Assembly: GCA_030295235.1 (NCBI GenBank)
Contig: AP026124.1
Span: 248,001 to 312,000 of the forward strand
DNA from: Fistulifera solaris
Taxonomy: Eukaryota
Reading direction: 5' to 3'
DNA: 64,000 bases
The translations under genes were made by a program, and so were the position numbers. Shown here in pieces: positions 50,119 through 60,809 of this stretch. Under the pieces are notes generated by a model. The model was not told the origin of the DNA, searched no databases, and saw only the letters and a program-made list of their open reading frames with translations. The first letter of the stretch is position 1. Every line of letters starts with the position of its first letter.

Positions 50119-51826
50119 ATGTCGGAAACGAAACCTTTGATCGGTAAAGATGGAGATGCGGAACATCTCCGCCGCTTGAAAGCCTACCAGCCGTAAGTTG
50201 ACGGGCGAAACGCGAATTTACTTTCGCGAAATGCTTCGGGCATTGCTTCCAGGTCGTTCGAGCGTCCTATCTCACTCTCTCCTGTGTCTTTCTCCTTGAT
50301 TATGCGCTCTCCTTCTTTGTATTACTTACTTACTTACTTCATCTAGTTGGGCATTCTTGATTACATTCGGTGGCTACTTCATGTCCCATTTCTCGCGAAA
50401 ATGCTACTCGACCGTCAAACAGCAATTGCAGAGCGATGCGGGTTATTCGGCCTTGGTGTTATCGGAAATGGACACAATTTTCATGGCAACCTATGCGGCT
50501 GGAAACATTATTAACGGTAAACTGGGTGATACCTTCAATCCCACGACGATCTTAGCGATTGGTCTCTTTGGATCGGGCCTTTGTCTTTTGCTCATCAACA
50601 TTGCCATTTGGTTTGATTTTGAAGGTCTTTCTCCGGCTCTCGGGAATTTCTTTATTCTCGCCGTCTACTTCTTGTTCGGATTCTTCCAAGCGACCGGTGG
50701 GCCCGTTGGAACGGCCGTCATGGGGAACTGGTTCTGTGACCCCGATTCGGTCAAGAACCGGGGAATGATTTTTGGTTTCTGGACCTGTCACCAGTATTTG
50801 GGTGATATTGCTGCTGGTACGTTTTCAAGACGCTGGATGGACGAAGACTATTGTTCTCCTTGGTGTTAGCACGACGGTCCGGCATATGATCCTTTTGTCT
50901 CTCACTCTCTCTCAATCCTAACGTTTTTTTTCTCTTGATTTGCTATAGCCCTCTGTACTGCTTGGGTGCTCGGTATTGGAATGACATGGTGGTATGCCCT
51001 ATTGATCCCCGCCGTTTGCAATTGCTTGTGGGCGTTCTTGACGGCTCAGCTGGTGGCCGATCCGGTAACCATGGGGATTGAAACACCCGAGCTACGCATT
51101 CGTTTGGCGAAACAGGAAGAAAAACGAAAGGAAATGGCGGAGAAAGGAGAATCATCGGAAGGCTTGGAAGACGAAGGTCCTAAACCGATCTCGTATGTTG
51201 CGGCTTTTCAGATTCCTATGGTCGCACAGTATGCCATTGCCTTTGGATTCTTCAAACTAGTCAACTATTGTCTATTCTTCTGGCTTCCTTACTTCTTGGG
51301 CAAGCACTTTGACCCTGTGACAGCGAATCTCATTGCTTCTCTCTATTCGGTTGGTATGATGCCCGGTGGCATCATTGTTGGAATTGTTTCGGATCTTTTT
51401 GGTGGACGCCGCGCTGTCGTCATTGGCACTTTCATGTGCTGTTTGATTGTGTTCTTGGCGGTTTTTGCCCAGTGCTCGGAAACTCTCACGCCCATTCCGC
51501 TTTTGGCTATGCTGGGAGCCATGGGAATTCTAGTAGGAGGTCCCAACAACATCATCACTAGTGCTGTTGCCGCTGACTTGGCTTCTCACCCATCGGTCCG
51601 TGGCAACAACAAGTCTTTGGGAACCGTCACGGGCTTGATCAACGGTACGGGTTCCATTACGGCTTCGATTGGTTTGTTGGCGGTCGGTCCGTTGCAAGCT
51701 GCCTACGGCTGGAGTTCTGTTTGGTACTACCTCATCTTCTGCACTTCTTGCGGTACCCTTCTTATGGGAACCAAGATCTATTCCGAACTCTTCCCTGGTG
51801 CTTCCGAACGTTCGGTGGCTGTGTAA
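50119..51826 (+). CDS. MFS sugar-phosphate/glycerol-3-phosphate:Pi exchanger (SLC37/GlpT-like)
   Basis: Exons ~50119-50192, 50347-50817 and 50948-51826. Motifs HFSRK, GKLGD, MGNWF..RG.IFGFW, KLVNYCLFFWLP, VAADL and VTGLINGTGS. Confidence 0.88.
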
Positions 51827-51927
51827 ATGGAGGAGCTCCACTGTGTGACGGCACATGAAAAGATAGAAGTTCTTGAAGTGCCACGATACAACTAATTAAC
51901 TAATCAAAGTTGATCAACTGAATATAA

Positions 51928-53792
51928 TTAAGTACTTTGGTTAGCGGTCTTGAGACGACGAGGCTTGCTAATTTTGGCACTATTCGAGTTCTGCTTCCTC
52001 TTTTTAATTGGTCGTGGTGGAGGGACTGACACTTTTTGTCCTTTGGTGGTTCCCTCTCTCCTTTTTGGTTGTTTCGCTTGCCATTCTTCTTTGCGTTCTT
52101 GTCTTTTACAAATGTCTCGCTCTTTTCAACAGGAACGTCAACCTTGTCGCTCTGATTATCGGGCGGAACTTCACCTTCGTCACTCTTGTCACCTTCTCCT
52201 AAATGCTTATCACTCAGCTTTTGAATCTTTGCCACGAAAAAACCGTCCATATTGTGTACGTGCGGGTAGAAGCGACGAGTCTTGGTCATTGTGGGGTGAA
52301 AGCGATGCTGCTGGTATCGAGTGAATCCGGGCACACCGAAATCGAGCCCCGCATCCACGATGCGAATATCACGCTTTTTCAAAGCGTACTGAACTACTAG
52401 CTCGTTCTCGGTGACGCTGACAGAGCAAGTGGAATAGACCATGACACCGGGGCCAGTTGTCTCGTTCGTGTTTTTGGCAACCTTCAACGCATCAATCGCT
52501 GACAGTAGGAGCTCTTTCTGCAGATGTGCTGTTTGCTGGATATCGGCTATAGTACGCTGTACTTTCACGCTAGGATCACGGCTAATCACACCGAGGCCCG
52601 AGCACGGAGCATCTAGCAAGATACGATCAAACCGGTTTTGCTGGAATATTTTTCCAAGCTTCCGACCATCATGAGCACAGGCAATGGTATTCTTGACACC
52701 AAGACGATGTAAGTTTGCAACAGTCGCCTTTTGCCTATCGGGTTTGAGGTCATTGGCAATCAAACAGCCCGTATTGCGCATAAGCTGGGCCATGTAAGAA
52801 GTCTTTCCGCCGGGTGCGGCGCTCATATCTAGCACTCTCTCTTTTGGTTGCGGACCTAAAGCCATAACTGGACACATTGAAGCCGCGCTCTGAAGCATAT
52901 ACATGCCAGTGAGGTACTCGGGAGTAGCTCCAATGGGAACTGTGCTTTCCACAATTTTCAGGCCCACCTTAGACCATGCTGCAAGTGGATCAAGTGAAAC
53001 ACCACGTTTGATAAGAGCAGCAGCCAAGTCCTTACGACGGGCTTTCAAAGTATTTGTTCGAATTACAAGAGGTCTTGGCTTGTCGGAAGCGTGAATAAAT
53101 TCCACAGTTTCGGCTGGACTAAACATGGTAAGGAAGTATTCAACCAGCTCCGGGAGATAACCGTTCAGCTCGGCCAAAAATGAAGCTAGGCGATCGACGT
53201 ACTCCTTTCTCGATCGTCCGGGCTCACGTCGCTTTTTAAAATCGGCCAAGACTTCGAGAATAGAGTTGATATGAGATTTGAGCTCAGAGGGAGGCACAAC
53301 TCTGTCGACATCCTTCTCAACTTCTTCACTCGTGGGTAAGTGGTAAATGGCCGTGTGTTGACTAATAGTCCTTCTCATTTCTTCGTCGGCTTCCTCTTCA
53401 ATTAAATCTTGTTCCTCATCGACGAGCCTGGATTCTTTCTCGATTTCGAGTTCTTCATCGTCGCTTTCTTCTTGTTCCTCACTTTCCTCCTCCTCTTCGT
53501 CGTCGTCGTCGTCGTCATCCGAATCTACAAGCGCTTGCTTTTTGGTTTAATCCAAGTCGCATTTTCATCCGAAAAGAAAGGCATGGATGATTTTCGTTCT
53601 TCCTCATTGTCATCACTGTCACTTTCATTCTCACTACTGCTGTCCTCTGATTCGGATGGTAGATCCTTTTCTTGCTGATCTTCGGACTCGTCGTTGCTAG
53701 AGCTTTTCTTCTTCTTCTTCATCATCCGAAGACGGCTGTTTTACTGGTTTCTTTGAAACGCTCTTTCCATGTGATTTATTTCGGGCGGTCAT
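51928..53792 (-). CDS. NOP2: NOP2/NSUN1 LSU rRNA m5C methyltransferase
   Basis: Acidic N-terminus, IRTNTLK, IGATPEYL.G.YMLQ, LDMSAAPGGKT, FDRILLDAPCSG, VYSTCS and HNMDGFF. Several homopolymer frameshifts fall in the low-complexity ends. Confidence 0.93.
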
Positions 53793-53993
53793 GTTGATGA
53801 AAGAATATAAGAATGATGGAATGTTGATTGTAGGAACAACAACAGAAAGTGGCAGGAAAGACGGCGGAAAGAATAGCAACGAATTTTTTGGTTGGTGTTC
53901 GTGCCAAACGTCTACGGTGGGACAGACAGGCGTTGGTCGGGCTATCCTGCATCCTGCCCTGCCTACCAGGTAGCAGGTAGTGCTCAGTGCTCA

Positions 53994-54188
53994 GGGCCGT
54001 TTCTAAGCGGAAGTTTCGTATTTCGTATTTTCGTATTTCGCGTGCTCCCACACTTGCCCAATTTGCCCAAACGGGAGAGAAATGAAAAATAGAGAAGTTA
54101 TCGTCTGTCGCTTTCTCCGTAAAACCTTGGATAAGAACGCAAAATGCGAAAATACGAATACAAAACTTCCGGTTAGAAATAATGGCCC
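53994..54188. mobile_element. PIF/Harbinger (Tourist-like) MITE, 195 bp
   Basis: ~50-bp imperfect TIRs starting GGGCC and ending GGCCC, with 3-bp TSD TCA at 53991-53993 and 54189-54191. Confidence 0.8.
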
Positions 54189-54199
54189 TCAGTAAAAGT

Positions 54200-55423
54200 G
54201 GCAACCAGTCCTTCCTGGTGGATGGTGGACCTTTTGGACCATCCGCCGCTGGATTTACTTTGGAGGAAGACATACCTTAGCGACATGCCATCCAAAAACC
54301 TTTTTGGATGCAGCCAATCAGAATCAGACGATCCAAAAAGTCCAAAAGGTCCAACCAATCAGAATGCGTTATCCAAAAGCGACTTTTAAAGCAATTGAAA
54401 ACGCTAGTTTGATATCGATGGCGACGAAAGAAATTTATTGAGGAACGAAGGTTTTGTGCGAACGACGAAACGCGAAAATTTACAAAACGCGAAAATTTAT
54501 TGAGAATGGTACCGGTACCAGGTATGGTGACTTACCCAGAAAATATGGGCGTGTGGTGTTCTCGCATACCCAAAAAATATGGGAGTGTGGTGTTTTCACG
54601 TACCCAGAAAATATGGGGGTGTGGTGTTTTCACGTACCCAGAAAATATGGGAGTGTGGTGTTTTCACGTACCTAGAAAATATGGGAGTGTGGTGTTTTCA
54701 CATACCCAGAAAATATGGGGGAGTGGTGTTTTCACATACCCAGAAAATATGGGAGTGTGGTTTTTCACGTACCCAGAAAATATGGGAGTGTGGTGTTTTC
54801 ACGTACCTAGAAAATATGGGAGTTTGGTGTTTTCACGTACCCAGAAAATATGGGCGAGTGGTGTTTTCACATACCCAGAAAGATGGGTGGTGTTTTCACA
54901 TACCCAGAAAATATGGGGGTGTGGTGCTTTCACGTACCCAGAAAATATGGGAGTGTATTGTTTTCACGTACCCAGAAAATATGGGAGTTTGGTGTTTTCA
55001 CGTACCCAGAAAATATGGGAGTGTGGTGTTTTCACGTACCCAGAAAATATGGGAGTGTGGTGTTTTCACGTACCTAGAAAATATGGGAGTGTGGTGTTTT
55101 CACGTACCCAGAAAATATGGGAGTTTGGTGTTTTCACGTACCCAGAAAATATGGGAGTTTGGTGTTTTCACGTACCCAGAAAATATGGGAGTGTGGTGTT
55201 TTCACGTACCCAGAAAATATGGGAGTGTGGTGTTTTCACGTACCTAGAAAATATGGGAGTGTGGTGTTTTCACGTACCCAGAAAATATGGGAGTTTGGTG
55301 TTTGTGCGAACGACGAAACGCGAAAATTTATTGAGAAAGACGCCTTTCGGCGTCTGCCCATCGCACGCTTCGCTCGCGAGCAATAAAAATCCAAAAAAGG
55401 TCCACCAGCATGGAGTGGTTGCC
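54200..55423. mobile_element. Non-autonomous TIR element, Merlin-like, with an internal minisatellite
   Basis: Imperfect ~35-bp TIRs (GGCAACCA...TGGTTGCC), perfect 8-bp TSD GTAAAAGT at 54192-54199 and 55424-55431, and repeated subterminal TCCAAAA motifs. No transposase. Confidence 0.78.
54533..55302. repeat. Tandem array of 23 units of 34 bp
   Basis: Consensus TACCCAGAAAATATGGGAGTGTGGTGTTTTCACG. One unit is 33 bp, one is 29 bp and the last is partial. Confidence 0.95.
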
Positions 55424-55442
55424 GTAAAAGTATAGATCATAA

Positions 55443-57205
55443 AAGACTGGTCAAATAGAAATCCACCTCAGCTCTGTACGTCTTCCGTCAAAATTACCAA
55501 ATTGCGTTTTCGAGAAAAACGCCTCCAAAGTTTTGCTGCAAAATTGAGATGGCATTATTAACAATTAAACATGAGTAAAGCAAATGATTTCAATCAAGAA
55601 CTTATACAAATAGTAAGTATATGTACTCGCGTGTATTCCAGTTAAATTTAAGGCTCGGGGGTATCGTTTTGAGCTCTAGTTGATCTGGATCTTCCCTGTC
55701 GGCTTTCCTTCGCTTTCTTTGTGTTCTCCTTTACGTCGTTTCGTACGCCCAAGCCTGGATCTTCATGAAAGTACTTGAAGAGTAATCGTTTTTCTGGATG
55801 AAGGAGTGGGCCCCATTTGTCAAATAATTCGATCCATTTGATAAACTGGATACCAGGCTCTGGAATTGGCGGCGGCTCTGACATAGTTTCCCAGGAAAAA
55901 GAGTTGCCAGTTTTTACAATTCGCTCTCGGCTTTCAGCCTTTCCCTCACAGGCTTGTGTAAAAGGAAATCGCTTTCATCTGCTTTTGCTTTGAACATGTG
56001 CATTAGCTGAATACCTCTTGGCCGCTTCATATGGATTTCTTGAAATTCATCCCATTTTTGAAGTCTCCTTCCTTGACCGGCTTAGCAGTCACAAGCTCAT
56101 GTTTTCCAAGAGCTTCGTATAGCTCTTCTGGCGCATACAAGTTGGTCTTCCGGTATTCTAGCTTCAATAGATTGAACATTCGATCACAGTCGTTTTTTGT
56201 ATGGCCACGGATAAGAAAGATTGCACGAACAGTCATGGCAATTTTTCTCTTTGCAAGAATGGTCAGCATTCTGAGGACCATACGGTTTTTGTCCTGACCA
56301 CCACAGTTGTCAAAAACAAAGTTGATCTCTTTCACGGGCTGCAAACTTGGACCACTCTCGGGAATCAGCCCTTTGCCTTTCAATTCCTTCCAGATGAGAC
56401 TGACAACGTTGTCTCCTCCTTTTTGCCCTGACCTTCATAGTAAAGGTGGGTGGACATTGTCTCTGGCTTTGTGGAACAATCCACTACTCCGAAACAGTAG
56501 ACATTCAGCGGGCTATAATAGTAAGTCTCCCCCGACATTGCTTTCTTCACACCAGCCACTTGAAGCGCGTTGGCATACCTCATGGTCTCTGTTATTATGT
56601 TCTCTCGATGTTTCCAGTCGTTTCGGGCAAAGTGGACAAGAAAGGTGGATGTAACAGCCTTCAAACTGTCATCTTCCATTAGTGGTTCAAGACATCTACA
56701 GTTTTGTTTGCGGCCTGACCCACTGAGAATGTCATAACACGGATCATGGCAGATTCTGTCGAGAAAGTCATGCATCGATTTTACAGCATGATTGAAGTCG
56801 AATGGCTTTTTGTGCTTCCTAAGTAAAACCCGATGAGCGGACTTTTCTCCAAATCTTTCAGATAGACTCGGTTGGTTGTTTCTTGGGTTGATGTATCATT
56901 AGTTTCCATTTTCCATGCTTGTTTGATGGGTTTCAAGTCAAGATGATGAATGATTTCGAACCGAAATTGTGAGCGAGCGGATGTGCGGACAGAACGAAAA
57001 CCCACCGAATTTTGGTGCGAAAAAATAGCTAAAAATTTCTACTGACCATCTAACAACAATCCACAACGAATAACGGAATAAAAATTACATAGATGAATTC
57101 CTTAAATACTGAATTTTTGAATGGTATAGTTAGTCATTTTTCGACTTTCGCAAGATTTCTGACGACGGACGGACGGTTGAGGTGGATTTCTATTTGACCA
57201 GTCTT
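55443..57205 (-). mobile_element. Internally deleted Sola-like DNA transposon
   Basis: Perfect 28-bp TIRs AAGACTGGTCAAATAGAAATCCACCTCA (55443-55470 and 57178-57205) enclose transposase fragments. The TSD is not resolved. Confidence 0.8.
55648..56775 (-). pseudogene. Fragmented Sola-type DDD transposase
   Basis: YYYSPLNVYCFG, YYEGQGKK, FDNCGGQDKN and FLIRGHTKNDCDRMF lie in several frames. The segment expected to hold the first catalytic Asp appears deleted. Confidence 0.72.
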
Positions 57206-57346
57206 AATAAGGTAAAAGTACTGGTGACGTCACCCACGACGATGCAGTCCCGGAACCGCATCAGCCATTTTTTGACTCTCTCATTTCTTGGCTATTGTGG
57301 TTATTTGTACTCGAATCGAGTGAGCATTCACCAAGCAGATGAAGCA

Positions 57347-58315
57347 ATGGGGAAGAAAGTCCCCATTAAGAAACCGACCTCCGACCAGCGCAACGTCAAA
57401 ACACCGAAAGAAACGTCTTCCACACCGCCGCAAGATGGCACCAACAAACCCCGCAATCTGCTCATCACAGATGCGACGAAACCCTTCATCTTGACGTTTG
57501 CGGGCCGTTTCAACATTCACCACTCTTTGACGGTGCACCAAACACCCGCCGAAGAAACTTGGCCCGGTGGAGCTCTGTGGGATTTGGGATTGCTCTTGTC
57601 GCATGTTTTGGTGGCCCTATCGAACGGAGGGACCGCACAAGTCCATTCCAACAAAACTTGTGTACTTCCGGTGCGCTGCTCCTCGCTGGATCTGCACCCC
57701 GAGACCATTCTAGAATTGGGTTGCGGAGTGGGTTTGACCGGATTAGCGGCAGCTGTAGCGTTTCGGTCTTCTCTGACGTTGCTGACCGATCTGGATGTTG
57801 TGGTGGAGCAAGTCACTCAGCCGAATGTAACAATGAACTCCAAGCCAGGCAGCGGAGGAGATAAACGCTTTCGGAATGTTCAGACAGGAAAGATTGCGGC
57901 TTTACCTCTATGTTGGGGAAATACCACAGATGAGGAAGCCGTACGAAATATGTTGATCGAACATGGTCACAAGATAGCATCGTCCAAAAAACGGAGTAAC
58001 AAGTCAGAGCAAGTCCGGCTTCGACCCGGAATGCCAGATTTGATCATCATTGGCGATGTGGCGTATCAGCACAAACCGGGGGCTCCTTCGCACTTTGATG
58101 CTTTGTTGTCGACCGTGCTCGCGTTCACCGATCAGGAAACGTGGGTTGTTTTCGGCACGCGAATACGAATGCCGGCCAGTGTAGATTTATTACGAATGTT
58201 GATGGAGCACTTTGACGATGTTGTATCACCACCATTGACAGCCGAAGAGATCGATTCGCAGTTTCAAGGAGTGAAACACAACATGTCTATACATTTTCTA
58301 AGGAAAAGAAAGTAA
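57347..58315 (+). CDS. METTL21/Methyltransf_16-like protein lysine methyltransferase
   Basis: GGALWD, ILELGCGVGLTG, LTD, LCWG and IIIGDVAY. An alternative start exists at 57242. Confidence 0.82.
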   Translation: MGKKVPIKKPTSDQRNVKTPKETSSTPPQDGTNKPRNLLITDATKPFILTFAGRFNIHHSLTVHQTPAEETWPGGALWDLGLLLSHVLVALSNGGTAQVHSNKTCVLPVRCSSLDLHPETILELGCGVGLTGLAAAVAFRSSLTLLTDLDVVVEQVTQPNVTMNSKPGSGGDKRFRNVQTGKIAALPLCWGNTTDEEAVRNMLIEHGHKIASSKKRSNKSEQVRLRPGMPDLIIIGDVAYQHKPGAPSHFDALLSTVLAFTDQETWVVFGTRIRMPASVDLLRMLMEHFDDVVSPPLTAEEIDSQFQGVKHNMSIHFLRKRK

Positions 58316-58350
58316 CGAATGAAGTCGTAATAAGAAATTAACATTAACGT

Positions 58351-59374
58351 TTAATTGAACATGCGTTTCAGCTGTTGTTGCATCCTGTTGATGGTACGTT
58401 TGTGCTTGCTGTACATACGTTGATGCTTCATCAGCTCGCGACCACCGTCTTGTAAACACTTCATGAGCTTGTTGAATTTGTCTTTATTCACATTCCCTGT
58501 TACTGTTGCGTTCCCCTCGTTGTTGATGGCAATGGGTACTTCTATTTCCTCTGCGGCGTTGTAAGGGTGCACTTCAATGTCATCCACGAGTGCTTCTGGT
58601 CTCGGATACACATTATGTTGAATAAAATAGGTTTCCAGTTGTGCTGGTATGTGATCCAGTGCGGTCTGGAGCGATCGACAGTGCACGTACCGTGCATTCT
58701 CACGGCACCCTGAATTGTGCTGTGCCACAACGGTTTCTATTCCATCAAAAGTCCCGTCACCGACACCCACAATTACAATCGACAAAGGCGAATCTTTCGT
58801 GCCTTGTAATGCTGCCAATGTCTTGTCAATATCGGTGGGCCCACCGTTGGTGAGTAAAAGTAGAATAGAATACGCCTGTGTATCTCCCTGGTAACATGAA
58901 TAGGAAATAGTGTGTCAGGTTTCAGTGCACTATTTTCATTTCGCACCATTGGACCAATCAAAAGTGTACATTCATTCGTACCTGCAAATTTCGCGACTCG
59001 GTGACCGCTTGTTGAATGACTTGTGAAAAGTCGCGTGGTGAACTCATGGCCAATCCCTGGCGAAACGTATTCCGATAGGCCTCCAAAATTCCCGAAATGC
59101 CTTCAGCCTCGGTTTGCAACGGAAAGCAATGACTCAATACTCCGTTAACTTTGGCCCCGAATCCCCATACGGGGAATTTCTGATCGGAATCAAACTTGGC
59201 AACTATGGAACCGAGTGTGAAAATGGTTGTTTCATACGCATTTCGTCCTTGGTCTTGAAAATGGTGCAACGATGTGGTTTGTCGAGGATCTCCATTCGAT
59301 GCGGTGACATCGATCGCGACCATCATACGCAACTGACATCCACCCGAAATGTAATTGGCAAAGGTTGGTTCGCG

Positions 59375-59419
<45 letters not shown>

Positions 59420-60271
59420 TTGTTGTGTTGTGGGTGCGGCAATCACAGCAATGTCGGTTTCGGCGGGGGGGAGTATCAAGGGCCTGACCAAAGGGCGAAG
59501 ACGGTGTGGGTGGTGGTGACGGAGTAGGAGTAGTAGGCCCCACGACTTGTGCTCCCATGACAATAATTTTTCCGGCCGGTCGTCCCGCTTGGTGTAACAC
59601 AATATCGGCTTTGTTGAGAAGCTGTTGGAGTGTCAGGACCGCACTGCCCATAATGACATGCTCCCCATCATTGTTGTGATCATAAATAACCATACGAAAC
59701 TGTTGATTGTAGTCGTCACCACACAATGCATCGACTTGGACACAACTGGGCAACCAGACTGGTTGTAAACTATTGTTTATGGCAGTGGATCGAAAGACGG
59801 CATCGTAATGACCCGAACTTCGCAATCGTTGCAATTCAAAAACGGATCCGATTTATTCCAAAGTCCCATTCCTTCGACATTGGGTAAATCGACGGCACGG
59901 AATTGAAAGTTCAGTATACCCGCAGCTTTTGCCGGAGTGACGTGTAGAAAGAGTTTCGTTGACGGATTCTTGAGTTGTTTGGCGAGTGTCCCTCCTGGAG
60001 TCCCCAAAACTGCTTGCACGTCAAAGACGGCGGCTCCCAACGATGATGATTCTTTGTCACTAAACAATGTCACTACAACATGCGTTGTTTGAGTTAATGT
60101 GATATTGTCGAGATAGAACAATTTGGTCCAATCAGGATGTATACTGTTGGCCAGTACTTCCGTTTGACCCAACAAGGTCGAAGTACCTTGTGACGAAAGA
60201 TGCGTTACGACAGCAAAGGGATGTTTGCCTTTGGGTACACCTTCAGCCCAAACGGACAGTTGGAGTCTCAT
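58351..60271 (-). CDS. Copine (C2-C2-vWA), divergent paralog with a poly-Gln linker
   Basis: LGQTEV..SIHPDW, KSDPF, IDVTASNGDP, FPVWGFGA and PLSIVIVGVG. Intron ~58981-58892 and frameshifts near 59840 and ~59500. Confidence 0.85.
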
Positions 60272-60809
60272 TTCTCTTACTGAACTGGCTTTCTCTTTGT
60301 TAGTAATGATGATGATGATGATGATGATGATGACTGTTCATTGACGTACTTTATTTGGGATGATACAAAATAATAATGAAAATCAAGAAAGAAAAAAAAA
60401 TACTGGTAATAATGTATGCCTTGTGCGTCTTGTGCGGTTCGATCGTTTTTGTTCCGAGTGAAACGAAAGCGGATCTTTTCCAGCTTGAAAAACGTGTTGT
60501 TATGTTGTATTGTCACGTTGAGAAACCACTTCAAGGAGCCATTGTGTATATTCGAGTCGGAACCTTGAGTACCGGATGACCGATGTAGCTTCCGTTTCGA
60601 AACCGGATTGAATCTTGACGGCTTGACGGACAAATAAGGGAGTAATGACTTTTTGTTGTTTCACTGCAACCGCTTCAATCGAGAACGACAATACTCTGCT
60701 TCTTCATTCTATTATTATTGTTATTACTACTACTATTATTGTTATTTCTTCTTCTTCTTCTTCTTCTTCTTCACTTTTACCACCTTTTACACCCCCTTTT
60801 TCACACACG

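Noticed and set aside
54533..55302. CRISPR array or repeat-protein gene (ORFs of 311 and 222 aa)
   Set aside because: The units abut with no unique spacers and there are no cas genes. The ORFs arise because the 34-mer consensus has no plus-strand stop and cycles through all three frames.
55424..57220. GTAAAAGTA as a 9-bp TSD of a MULE-like element
   Set aside because: The sequences just inside the two copies are not inverted repeats. The real TIRs start further in at unequal distances.
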